Positions 40,755 through 50,107 of a stretch of DNA of 64,000 nt are shown here, one piece after another. Location: the NCBI GenBank assembly GCA_928721565.1, contig OV788638.1, positions 1,484,850 to 1,548,849 on the forward strand. The letters are read 5' to 3'. A model generated the notes under the pieces. It worked only from the letters and a program-made list of their open reading frames with translations, made no database searches and was not told where the DNA came from. The position numbers and the translations under genes are program-made. Source of the stretch: an uncultured Clostridia bacterium (GTDB taxonomy: Bacteria; Bacillota; Clostridia; TANB77; CAG-508). Numbering within the stretch: the stretch's first letter is position 1; each line of letters starts with the position of its first letter.

Positions 40755-42296
40755 TTAGTGCTGCTGCTTTTTAAAATTAAAATACAAATCAACTTGTTTG
40801 TCTTGATGAATTTCAATTCTATTAATAATTACTTTCATAATCTCTGGAGTTGGTTTTTTTAATTCCAAAAATTCTCGTACAACATTTTTTATTTTTTCAG
40901 TCTTATTTTGTTTTGTTTCTTCTTTTTGTTTATTGATTTCTATATATTCGCTCTCTTTCTTTTTTATTTTTTCTTGCAATTTTTTTAATACTCTTTCATA
41001 CATTTTTTCACTTATTTTATTATTTAATTTATCTAAATACATTTTGTCAATATTATTATTTACCAATTTAATTTCATTTTCTAATTTTTGAAGTATTTTT
41101 TCATAATTGTATTTAATCATTCTGTTTTTTATGTTTAACTCAAGTCTTTCATTATCAATGTCTTTAAATAAACTTCTTATGTAATTAAGAATCGATTCTT
41201 CTAGGTTATTATAGCTAAATCCATGAGAAGTACAAAATCCTAATTTTGAGCTTCTTCGATAGTTATTACATACCATGTAATAACGTCCCTTTTTTTCTCC
41301 TCTTACGCCTATCTTATGTTTACATTCATAGCAAAATAGTAAGCCATCCAACAAAAATGTATTTTTCTTTTCATTTCTATTATAGCTCTGAACTATTATC
41401 ATTTTTTGTACAACCTCAAATACTTTTTTATCTATTATTGGTTCATGTGTATTTTCTACAGTTACCCATTTTTCTTCTGGATTTGGTCTAATTTTTCTAT
41501 TTTTGTAACTTATTCTACTTCTTTTATTCTGTACTGTTGTACCTATATAAACTTTATTCTTTAATATGTTTTTTACTGTTTTATTTTCCCAAAATGTTTC
41601 TTTATTGTATCTCGACTTATTGGCCGTTGGAATATCTCTATTATTTAAATAATCTCTTATTTCTCCAACTTGTTTTCCATTAGATGCCATATTAAAGATG
41701 TTTCTTACAATTTGAGCTTCTGGTTCATAAATTATTAGTTTATTTTTATCATTTATATCTTTTGTGTATCCAAGTGGCGTTTTTCCTCCTACCCATTTTC
41801 CTTGTTTTTGCATTGTGTGCATTGCTGTCCTAATTTTCTTTGATAAGTCTTTCGAATACATATCATTTAATATTGACTTAAATGGAGCAATATCATTATT
41901 ACCATTTGATGCTTCAAAAGTATCTATTCCATCTGTTACTGAAACATATCTTACATTATTTTCTGGAAACCATTTTTCTATATATTCTCCTGTTTCTATA
42001 TAGTCACGTCCTAGACGAGATAAATCTTTTGTTACAACCATATTAATTTTCCCGTTTTCAATATCTCTTACCATTCTTTGAAAATCCGGTCTATTAAAAT
42101 TTGTCCCAGTAAAACCCTGATCAATATATGTATCTATTAATTGGTACTTACCTCCTAATTTTTGCACATATTCTGTTAGTAATGTTCTTTGATTTTTTAT
42201 ACTTTCACTTTCATTATAACCTCTGTCTACATCTTCTTTTGATAACCTTATATAAATTGCTACTTTGTAAATTGTTTTCTCTATCTGTTCAAGCAT
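40755..42296 (-). mobile_element. large serine recombinase (resolvase/invertase catalytic domain + recombinase domain + zinc ribbon)
   Basis: N-terminus VAIYIRLSKEDVDRGYNESESIKNQR (catalytic Ser); central recombinase domain; CxxC...C region (CYECKH...CNNYRR); C-terminal coiled coil. 513 aa. Confidence 0.8.
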
Positions 42297-42596
42297 TTTT
42301 CCTCCCTTATAGGCTTAAGATATTAATTATTAAATGTTTTATTAATTCTTCTAATTCTTCACCTTCTTTATCGAAGTACATATTAATTTTGAAAGTTTCA
42401 CTCATATTAACTCACTCTCCCTATACTATATATACATCCGTTTTCTTATAAAAATTCTCTTTCATAATGAATTTGTTTATTTTTAAATATGTTCACATCT
42501 GCTTATAAATAGTTTAAGGGTAGTTATGTGACAGCTCTCGCTATCGCACATCTACCCTAGTTAATAAAATGAGTTTCAAATATTTTCTTTATTCTA

Positions 42597-43430
42597 TCAT
42601 ATACTTTGCCAATAATAATATAAAATATTTTTGTCAACATCATAAACACCTATTTCACAACCTGTTGCTTCTTCTTTTGTAAAATTATGTTTTTTGTTTT
42701 CATCACTTGTTCTACATACTAATTCATAATGATAGTATCCATTTTTTATCTCAAGCACTTCTTTGTTATATTCAAAATCATCTAATATACTATCATCAAG
42801 TCTATCTTTACTCCATTTTGAATTAACATCTAGACTTTTTATTATATCCTGTCCACTTTCTTTCGAAAATTCATATACATAATAATCTAATCCATCATAT
42901 TGAATTCCTTCCCTTACACTATAAATTTCTCTTTTGATATAGTTTTCAGTTTTCACCCCTAAAATATTACTATAATTATTATGAGATCCATAAAGATAAC
43001 TTTTTAAATAATATAATTTTTCATTTTTTAAATCAAATATAGCATAAATTCCTTTATTATTATAATAGTATAAATCTTCTCTATCTATCGCTATCATATC
43101 ATTATCAACTATTTCATAAAATCTTATCATCTCATATTCGTAAAATTTTTCTTTGCTCCAATAACTACTTTCCTCTAACTTTCTTCTAAACTCTTCTTTT
43201 TCTCCAAACATATTTAATTTATATACCGTATACTTCTGTAAAGGATCATCTTTATATACAATATAGTAGTTTATATTATACGAACTTAACTCTAAGTTTA
43301 ATTTTTTATATTCTTCATCCACATTAAAAGTTACTTTTGATATAAATATATAAATAATCAAAAATATTGTAATTCCTACTAATGGTATAAATGCAAATTC
43401 CTTCAAATTTTTTCTCTTCAATTTGAACAC
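42597..43430 (-). CDS. hypothetical membrane-anchored protein
   Basis: 277 aa with an N-terminal TM helix (FAFIPLVGITIFLIIYIFI) and a Tyr/Asn-rich ectodomain. It is translationally coupled to the upstream gene by a 12-bp gap. Confidence 0.4.
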   Translation of the reverse strand: MFKLKRKNLKEFAFIPLVGITIFLIIYIFISKVTFNVDEEYKKLNLELSSYNINYYIVYKDDPLQKYTVYKLNMFGEKEEFRRKLEESSYWSKEKFYEYEMIRFYEIVDNDMIAIDREDLYYYNNKGIYAIFDLKNEKLYYLKSYLYGSHNNYSNILGVKTENYIKREIYSVREGIQYDGLDYYVYEFSKESGQDIIKSLDVNSKWSKDRLDDSILDDFEYNKEVLEIKNGYYHYELVCRTSDENKKHNFTKEEATGCEIGVYDVDKNILYYYWQSI

Positions 43431-43442
43431 CGTCCTATAACA

Positions 43443-44519
43443 TTAAAATTCTCCTTCTTTTGTTTTAAATTTTATTTTAACATCATATGTTTTTATAACT
43501 CCATATTCACTTGAGGCTACTCCTAAATTATTTAATGTAGTAGATATAATATCCTTTAATTTTCCATCTTCTTCATCTGCATATTCCCTTAAATCTTTGA
43601 AATCAGTAAAATCATAAGTATCTTTAATTTCAATTTCTAAATTCCACTTATTATTTTCATCTTTTATTGCTTTAACTAATAATGTTGCATCATGGAGAGC
43701 ATAAAGTAAATCTGCATCATCAAATCTAATCAATGTGTCCTCCCTTGGAGATTTTTCGTCAATAATAAATTCATTTTTCTCTTTTCCGTATTTTTCTATT
43801 AATTGTTTTAACTTTTTCTTGAATATTGGACTTTCAAGTAATGTTTTTTTTATTTTTTCATCCTCTATCACTAAATCACTTGGTTCTTTTCCAAATAAAG
43901 TCAATGAATTTGTCAATAATTTAGCAGAAAGTGGTTTATTAGTAAATAACCCTCCTATAACAACAATTTGCCAAAATTCATACTGCATTGAATAAAATAT
44001 AGCATATGATATTGGATTGATTTTTTTAGTTACATCAAATATAAAACTCAAGCTTTTTATAAAGCTTTCTGCAACCTTTTCATCTACTTCTTGCCAATTT
44101 ATATTTTGAGAATCTTTTATAAGTTTCTGAAACTTTTGGTAATAATTAAATAACTTATATACATCATTTAATGAAAAAGAAATTGTCTCTGACATATCTC
44201 TTCTTGAGAAAACTGATATATTATCTATATATCTTGAAATTCTTTCCACGATTTCATTTAAAGCTTCATAGTCCATCTTATTCAAATAATTTAATTCTAT
44301 ATATTTTTGTGTTAAATCATATTTCTTATTTTTGCTTAAGAAATATTTGTGATTTTTCCAAGCAATTCTATTACATAAATATGATTCTTTATTCCATACA
44401 AATCTTGGTGGTTTACGTATTCCTAATTCTTCATAAATATTATCAAGGCATCCTCTTCCAAACATTGCATATTTATAGTTGTATGTTTTATTACATAACA
44501 AGCATCTCTTTTCTTCCAT
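43443..44519 (-). CDS. hypothetical protein with an N-terminal CxxC...C zinc-ribbon-like motif
   Basis: 358 aa starting MEEKRCLLCNKTYNYKYAMFGRGC. Confidence 0.4.
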   Translation of the reverse strand: MEEKRCLLCNKTYNYKYAMFGRGCLDNIYEELGIRKPPRFVWNKESYLCNRIAWKNHKYFLSKNKKYDLTQKYIELNYLNKMDYEALNEIVERISRYIDNISVFSRRDMSETISFSLNDVYKLFNYYQKFQKLIKDSQNINWQEVDEKVAESFIKSLSFIFDVTKKINPISYAIFYSMQYEFWQIVVIGGLFTNKPLSAKLLTNSLTLFGKEPSDLVIEDEKIKKTLLESPIFKKKLKQLIEKYGKEKNEFIIDEKSPREDTLIRFDDADLLYALHDATLLVKAIKDENNKWNLEIEIKDTYDFTDFKDLREYADEEDGKLKDIISTTLNNLGVASSEYGVIKTYDVKIKFKTKEGEF

Positions 44520-44805
44520 AATATATCAGTCCCCTTTTTTACTTTATTTTCACTAATATAATAAGGATCATATTAGTTATCATATTTATATCATAACATC
44601 TAATTTTTTTCCATCATCTGCAGTTAACGAGCGTTTCTCAGTAACTAAATTTCATTTAATTCATTATCTTAATAAATAACTTGTCTCTTTTCCAAACGAA
44701 GATAATAATTACCAAATTTTATTTATTTTATATCAAACATTTGTTTTTGTCAATAGTCAAAAAAAATAAATTTCAAACTCTGAAATTTAACTATTTATAT
44801 TAAAT

Positions 44806-45141
44806 TCAAATTTTTTTATCCCGCATACTGTCTATTTTTAAATCTACCTTCTGGTATATCTCTGGATAGCACTTCTCTAATTCTTGAATTTGTATATTAC
44901 TCATTGCTGTCATCGGCCTTGCAGACATAGATTGCATATTTTGATTTTGCATTGGCATCATATTATTCATCATTTGCATTCCTTGATTTTGCATATGCGC
45001 CATTACAGGTACTGCATCATAACTTGAATAATTGTCATAACTATTATAGTTATATGTATCTTGATAATTATTCATTGGTTGATAACCTAATACACTTCTC
45101 ATATAATCTTCATATAATGAATCATTCATCTTAAATTCCAT
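44806..45141 (-). CDS. small Q/N/M-rich low-complexity protein
   Basis: 111 aa with a YDNYSSYD...MQNQGMQMMNNMMPMQNQNMQSM stretch; RBS AAAGAAAGGA. The repeat pair lies upstream. Confidence 0.45.
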   Translation of the reverse strand: MEFKMNDSLYEDYMRSVLGYQPMNNYQDTYNYNSYDNYSSYDAVPVMAHMQNQGMQMMNNMMPMQNQNMQSMSARPMTAMSNIQIQELEKCYPEIYQKVDLKIDSMRDKKI

Positions 45142-45194
45142 TCCTTTCTTTTAAAATTCATAATACATTATATGTTTTAATCTATTTTATGTGC

Positions 45195-45268
45195 GCAAAA
45201 ATGCACAAAACAGAACCGGTCCCAAATGAACATTGTTCATTTAAGAACCGGTCCTAAATGTACCAAAT
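45195..45268. repeat. tandem pair of GGGACCGGTTC-core palindromic elements (copies E1, E2) in the opposite orientation to pair D; E2 is slightly degenerate (GGACC with T)
   Basis: GTGCGCAAAAATGCACAAAACAGAACCGGTCCCAAATGAACA and TTGTTCATTTAAGAACCGGTCCTAAATGTACC, between the murD stop and the Q/N/M-rich gene. Confidence 0.8.
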
Positions 45269-45273
45269 TTACC

Positions 45274-46680
45274 TTAAAATTTCATAACCATATCCTTAAA
45301 TTGGTCTCCTCTGTCATACATATCTTTAAACATATCAAAACTTGTGCTAGCAGGTGAAAATAAAACAATTTGGCCTGGCTTAGCGACTCTTTTAGCCAAT
45401 TGCATACTTTGTTCAAATGTCTCACACATATGAATATCCATTTTCTTATGTTGATGTTCTAATTCATTCTTAACAGCTTCATAAATTTTATTTGCTGTTT
45501 GACCAATTAAAATTAAGCATTCTACATTATCTACTATTGGCTTTCCTATTGGTGTATAATCTAAATTCTTGTCAGCCCCACCAGCAATTAATACAATTTC
45601 TCTATCTTTAAATGCATTTAATGCTGAAATTCCTCTAGTTGGACTTGTACTTGCAGAATCATTATACCACTCTACTCCATCAACTGTACGTACATATTCT
45701 TGTCTGTGATGTACTCCAACAAATTGTTTTATTGTTTCTGCTGCATCATCTGTATCTACAAGCCCCTTTGTTAAGGCTAATACTGTACATGCATTTTGGA
45801 AATTATGCATTCCTTTTAGCTTCATATCTTTAGTATCTAATATATGTCTTCTTATTCCTTCATTACATTCTTTGATTATTCCATCTTCGTCAACAATAAA
45901 TCCATTCTCAAGCTTTTGTTTACTACTAAACATTATTACTTTTCCATTTGCTTCATCTTTGCATGAATCTGTAATTTCATTGTCAGCATTTAAAACTAAT
46001 ATACCATTTTCATTTTGATATTTAAAAATATTTTTCTTTGCATCTATATATTCTTGGTAATCTTTATGTACATTCAAATGATTTGGTGTAATGTTTGTTA
46101 TTGCTGCAATATCTGGACTAATTTGCATATTCATTAATTGAAAACTGCTTAATTCTAATACAATTATATCTTCTGGTTTTATTTCATTTAATTTTGTGAA
46201 TAGTGGTATTCCTATATTTCCACCTACATGAACTGTATATCCTGCATTTTTTAGAACTTCAGCAGTCAATGTTGTTGTTGTTGTTTTTCCGTCACTACCT
46301 GTAATTCCTATAATTTTGCAAGGCGCTAATTTCATTAATTGTTCAATTTCAGTTGTAACTATTGCTCCTTTGTTTGCTTCTTCAACTAATTCTGGCTTAG
46401 TTGGTAAACAACTTGGTGATCTAAATATTAAATCAAATCCTTTTAAATTTTCTAGATTTCCAGCTCCTAAATATTTTTTAAATCCATATGATTTAATTTT
46501 ACTTATAATTTCTTTATTTAGTTTTTCCTCTTCTCTGTCATCAAATACTGATACATCTGCATGCTTACTATAAAGATAGTCTATCAATGGTATATTACTA
46601 ACACCAAGCCCTATTACTGCTATTTTTTGATTTGGTAACATTTCTTCAAATTTTTCTAATTTTTTATTTTTAAATTCCAA
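45274..46680 (-). CDS. murD: UDP-N-acetylmuramoyl-L-alanine--D-glutamate ligase
   Basis: N-terminal Rossmann fold IAVIGLGVSN and Mur ligase central P-loop GITGSDGKTTTT. 468 aa. Confidence 0.88.
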   Translation of the reverse strand: MEFKNKKLEKFEEMLPNQKIAVIGLGVSNIPLIDYLYSKHADVSVFDDREEEKLNKEIISKIKSYGFKKYLGAGNLENLKGFDLIFRSPSCLPTKPELVEEANKGAIVTTEIEQLMKLAPCKIIGITGSDGKTTTTTLTAEVLKNAGYTVHVGGNIGIPLFTKLNEIKPEDIIVLELSSFQLMNMQISPDIAAITNITPNHLNVHKDYQEYIDAKKNIFKYQNENGILVLNADNEITDSCKDEANGKVIMFSSKQKLENGFIVDEDGIIKECNEGIRRHILDTKDMKLKGMHNFQNACTVLALTKGLVDTDDAAETIKQFVGVHHRQEYVRTVDGVEWYNDSASTSPTRGISALNAFKDREIVLIAGGADKNLDYTPIGKPIVDNVECLILIGQTANKIYEAVKNELEHQHKKMDIHMCETFEQSMQLAKRVAKPGQIVLFSPASTSFDMFKDMYDRGDQFKDMVMKF

Positions 46681-47350
46681 TTTTAATGGCCTCCTTCATG
46701 TTTTCTAATACCAATTTTTCTGATTCTTTTGCACTTTTGCAATTTGTTACATCTATGATTTTGGTTTGTGGATATATCTTATAATATCCTGATTTTTCTT
46801 GAAGCTCATCCCTAATTTGTATCATTTCTTTAATTTGCTCTTTTGGTATTTCTTTATTATATTGCATATATTTTCTATTTGTTCTTTCTTCTATTGAAGC
46901 ATCAATAAAAAAGTGATATGTAACATCAGGATACATTTTTACTATATCTCTTGAAGATAAAATCACATTGTATTTTTCTCTGTATTTATCTATTAATTCT
47001 TTTCCGAATTGATATAATCTTGTATTATCTGCTATATTGCTAACTTTTGAAACTGCCATAGATGATTTTTGGGATTGTAAATCTTTTTCATCTACTTTTT
47101 TTTCATTCATATATATTACTGTTTCTTTATTTTCTAATTTGATTTCTATTCCAAGCTTTTTCATAATATCAAATGCATCTAAGTCCTGTGTATTTTCAAT
47201 TTTTGTTTGCATCATTCCATATACTATTGCTCTGTATATCTCTCCACCATGTAATATTATTGAATTTTCTATGTCTTTTAATAATTCTCTGCATATTGAT
47301 GTTTTCCCAGCTCCAACTGTTCCTTCTATTCCTATTACTATATTTTCCAT
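46670..47350 (-). CDS. cmk: cytidylate kinase (divergent) / CMP-kinase-like
   Basis: IGIEGTVGAGKTS, GGEIYRAIVYG and FIDASIEERTNRKY match Cmk conserved blocks. The likely start is MENIVIG; the ORF-track N-terminal extension is probably spurious. Confidence 0.5.
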   Translation of the reverse strand: MENIVIGIEGTVGAGKTSICRELLKDIENSIILHGGEIYRAIVYGMMQTKIENTQDLDAFDIMKKLGIEIKLENKETVIYMNEKKVDEKDLQSQKSSMAVSKVSNIADNTRLYQFGKELIDKYREKYNVILSSRDIVKMYPDVTYHFFIDASIEERTNRKYMQYNKEIPKEQIKEMIQIRDELQEKSGYYKIYPQTKIIDVTNCKSAKESEKLVLENMKEAIKIGI

Positions 47351-47442
47351 TTTATTTTTCCTCTTTATTGACAAATCTTTTGATTTCCTATATAATATGA
47401 ATAGGAAATAAGTAACCACAAACGTGGTTGCCTTGTATATGT

Positions 47443-47486
47443 AAAAAAACACATCAGTCAGGCAAGTTACAGATGTGTTTTTTATT
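47443..47486. terminator. bidirectional intrinsic terminator
   Basis: Stem AAACACATC/GATGTGTTT with T-runs on both strands, 3' of the small hydrophobic peptide gene. Confidence 0.55.
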
Positions 47487-47488
47487 GT

Positions 47489-47590
47489 CTATTTGCTTAA
47501 TATTATAATTAAGGCAAATACTATAATAGTTTCGACAACTAATGCAAATAAAAGTAAGTATATTATTTCTAATAAAACAGCTTCTATCAT
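47489..47590 (-). CDS. small hydrophobic peptide (33 aa), not in the ORF track
   Basis: Strong RBS GGAGGTGGTGCT then ATG; product MIEAVLLEIIYLLLFALVVETIIVFALIIILSK; followed by a terminator. Confidence 0.45.
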   Translation of the reverse strand: MIEAVLLEIIYLLLFALVVETIIVFALIIILSK

Positions 47591-47884
47591 AGCACCACCT
47601 CCATTCTCACAACATAAAGTCATGGATTAAAAGTGGCAACCACATCTGCAATTCTCATTTCCTACTATATAACTATACTATAAATTTAGACAAATAACAA
47701 GTGAAATATTGAAATTCTTAAATTTCGTATTAAGCCGAGGAATATAATGCAAAGCTTATATTTAAAGTATTTCGTATAAAAATGCAACTAAAAGCATTAA
47801 CTAGTAACAAAAATAATTTCACTGTATACTTTTTAACTTTATGGGTAAAATATTTGAGAAAGATTAGAATGGAGGTGTTCTTCT

Positions 47885-47977
47885 ATGTCAGATAAAAAAA
47901 GTAAACAAAACAAAAATAACAACAGAAATAACGAAAATAACAATAATAACAACAACCAAAGTAACAACAATAGATAG
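47885..47977 (+). CDS. small Asn-rich peptide (30 aa), not in the ORF track
   Basis: Consensus RBS GGAGGTG 8 nt upstream of the ATG; product MSDKKSKQNKNNNRNNENNNNNNNQSNNNR; followed by a terminator at 47996-48025. Confidence 0.45.
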   Translation: MSDKKSKQNKNNNRNNENNNNNNNQSNNNR

Positions 47978-47995
47978 TTTAATTTTATAAAAAAT

Positions 47996-48025
47996 AAAGC
48001 AGTTGATTAACTGCTTTTATTTTAT
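47996..48025. terminator. bidirectional intrinsic terminator (serves the small peptide gene and clpX)
   Basis: Stem AAAGCAGTT/AACTGCTTT with U-runs on both strands. Confidence 0.6.
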
Positions 48026-48041
48026 ACAAAATCATATTTTT

Positions 48042-49343
48042 TTATGCTGTTTCTTTTTGCTCAACAGCAATTCTTTCATTTCTGACTTTTTTTACTTTAT
48101 TGGGATTTTCTATAATTCTTGGTTCTTGATTGTCTACAACAGTCTCCCTTGTAACAATACACTGTTCAATCTTTTCATTAGATGGAATATCAAACATGAT
48201 GTCTCTCATAATTTCTTCTATTATAGAACGTAATCCTCTAGCACCAGTTTTTCTCTCAATTGCTTTATCTACAATAGCTTCTAGTGCTTCATGCTCAAAT
48301 ATTAATTCTACATCATCCATTTGCAATAACTTTTTATATTGTTTTACTAATGCATTTTTTGGTTCTGTAGTGATCTTAATTAAAGCTTCTCTATCTAATT
48401 CTCTTAGTGTTGCAATTATTGGCAATCTTCCTATAAATTCTGGAATCATACCAAATTTTAATAAATCTTGTGGTAATATTTGCTCAAATACTTTGTATCT
48501 ATCTATATCTTTTTTGCTTTCAATATCTGCTCCAAATCCCATTGATTTTTTACCAATTCTGTCTTTTATAATATTTTCAAGGCCTTCAAAAGCTCCACCA
48601 CATATAAATAGTATATTTGATGTATTTATCTGTAATAACTCTTGTTGTGGATGTTTTCTTCCCCCTTGTGGTGGAACAGATGCAATTGTTCCTTCCACAA
48701 TTTTCAATAGAGCTTGTTGTACACCTTCTCCACTAACATCTCTTGTTATAGATGGATTTTCAGATTTTCTTGTTATCTTATCAATCTCATCTATATAGAT
48801 TATTCCTTTTTCTGCTTTTTCTATATCACCATCAGCAGCTTGAATCAATTTTAAGAGAATATTTTCAACATCTTCTCCTACATATCCAGCCTCTGTAAGT
48901 GTTGTAGCATCAGCAATAGCAAAAGGAACATTTAATATTTTTGCAAGAGTACTTGCAAGTAAAGTTTTTCCACAACCTGTTGGTCCTAATAATAAAATAT
49001 TGCTTTTTTGTATTTCTACATCATCATCTTCTCTTTCATGTGCTATTCTTTTATAATGGTTATATACAGCAACTGACAATGTTTTCTTTGCCTCATCTTG
49101 ACCAATTACATATTGATCCAATATTTCTTTTATTTCTCTTGGGCTTGGTATTTTATCTAATCCAGCTAAAGTGTAAGCATCATCATCTTCATCATAAAAT
49201 TCACTTTCGATTATTTCATTGCATAGCCCTATACATTCATTACAAATATATACACCTGGACCTGCAACTATCTTTTTTACGCTTTCTTGTGTTTTACCAC
49301 AAAATGAACATTTTACACCTTTAGGTGTATCATTTTTTGCCAT
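48042..49343 (-). CDS. clpX: ATP-dependent Clp protease ATP-binding subunit ClpX
   Basis: C4 zinc finger CSFCGK...CNEC; Walker A GPTGCGKT; GYVG pore loop; IGF-type loop MGFGA. 433 aa, directly downstream of clpP. Confidence 0.93.
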   Translation of the reverse strand: MAKNDTPKGVKCSFCGKTQESVKKIVAGPGVYICNECIGLCNEIIESEFYDEDDDAYTLAGLDKIPSPREIKEILDQYVIGQDEAKKTLSVAVYNHYKRIAHEREDDDVEIQKSNILLLGPTGCGKTLLASTLAKILNVPFAIADATTLTEAGYVGEDVENILLKLIQAADGDIEKAEKGIIYIDEIDKITRKSENPSITRDVSGEGVQQALLKIVEGTIASVPPQGGRKHPQQELLQINTSNILFICGGAFEGLENIIKDRIGKKSMGFGADIESKKDIDRYKVFEQILPQDLLKFGMIPEFIGRLPIIATLRELDREALIKITTEPKNALVKQYKKLLQMDDVELIFEHEALEAIVDKAIERKTGARGLRSIIEEIMRDIMFDIPSNEKIEQCIVTRETVVDNQEPRIIENPNKVKKVRNERIAVEQKETA

Positions 49344-49385
49344 CTATATTTCTCCTTTTCTTATTTTATTAAATTCTAAAAAGAA

Positions 49386-49997
49386 CTATATTCTTTTGTC
49401 CATAATTCCATCAATAAGACCATACTCTAAAGCTTCTTGAGCTGTCATATAATGGTCTCTTTCAGTATCTCTTTCGATTGTTTCTATAGATTGACCTGTT
49501 TTTTCACTTAATAATTTATTTAATTTTTCTCTTGTTCTTATCATATGATCTGCATGAATTTTGATTTCTGTAGCTTGACCAGAAATACCTCCACCTTGAC
49601 CACCAATTAATGGTTGATGTATCAATATTTCTGAATTTGGTGTAGCATATCTTTTTCCTTTTTCACCATTTGCTAGTAACACTGCACCAAAACTTGCAGC
49701 TAATCCAACACATATTGTTGAAACTGGGCATTTAATATAATTCATTGTATCTACAATACCCATTCCATCTGTAATAGATCCACCAGGTGAATTTATATAT
49801 AAAAATATTTCTTTATCTGGATCTTCTGACTCTAAGAATAATAATTGTGCAATTATTAAACTTGCTGATGTTGGATTTACATCTTCACCTAAAAATATTA
49901 TTCTATCTTTTAATAATCTTGAGAATATATCATATGATCTTTCTCCTTTACTTGTTTGTTCAACTACATATGGTACCAAACTGTCTTTTTCTAACAT
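49386..49997 (-). CDS. clpP: ATP-dependent Clp protease proteolytic subunit ClpP
   Basis: Catalytic triad context GLAASFGA (Ser), HQPL (His). ~200 aa. RBS AAAGGAGGAAAAAGT. Confidence 0.93.
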   Translation of the reverse strand: MLEKDSLVPYVVEQTSKGERSYDIFSRLLKDRIIFLGEDVNPTSASLIIAQLLFLESEDPDKEIFLYINSPGGSITDGMGIVDTMNYIKCPVSTICVGLAASFGAVLLANGEKGKRYATPNSEILIHQPLIGGQGGGISGQATEIKIHADHMIRTREKLNKLLSEKTGQSIETIERDTERDHYMTAQEALEYGLIDGIMDKRI

Positions 49998-50012
49998 ACT
50001 TTTTCCTCCTTT

Positions 50013-50075
50013 GGTTCATTTGGGACCGGTTCTTAAATGAACAATGTTCATTTGGGACCGGTTCTTAAATGAACA
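50013..50075. repeat. tandem pair of near-perfect GGGACCGGTTC-core palindromic elements (copies F1, F2) in the clpP 5' leader
   Basis: TGGTTCATTTGGGACCGGTTCTTAAATGAACA and ATGTTCATTTGGGACCGGTTCTTAAATGAACA; 32-bp spacing; they end 15 bp from the clpP start codon, adjacent to the RBS. Confidence 0.9.
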
Positions 50076-50107
50076 AATTAACTAAAATAAAAAGGCAAAT
50101 TAAGAAT

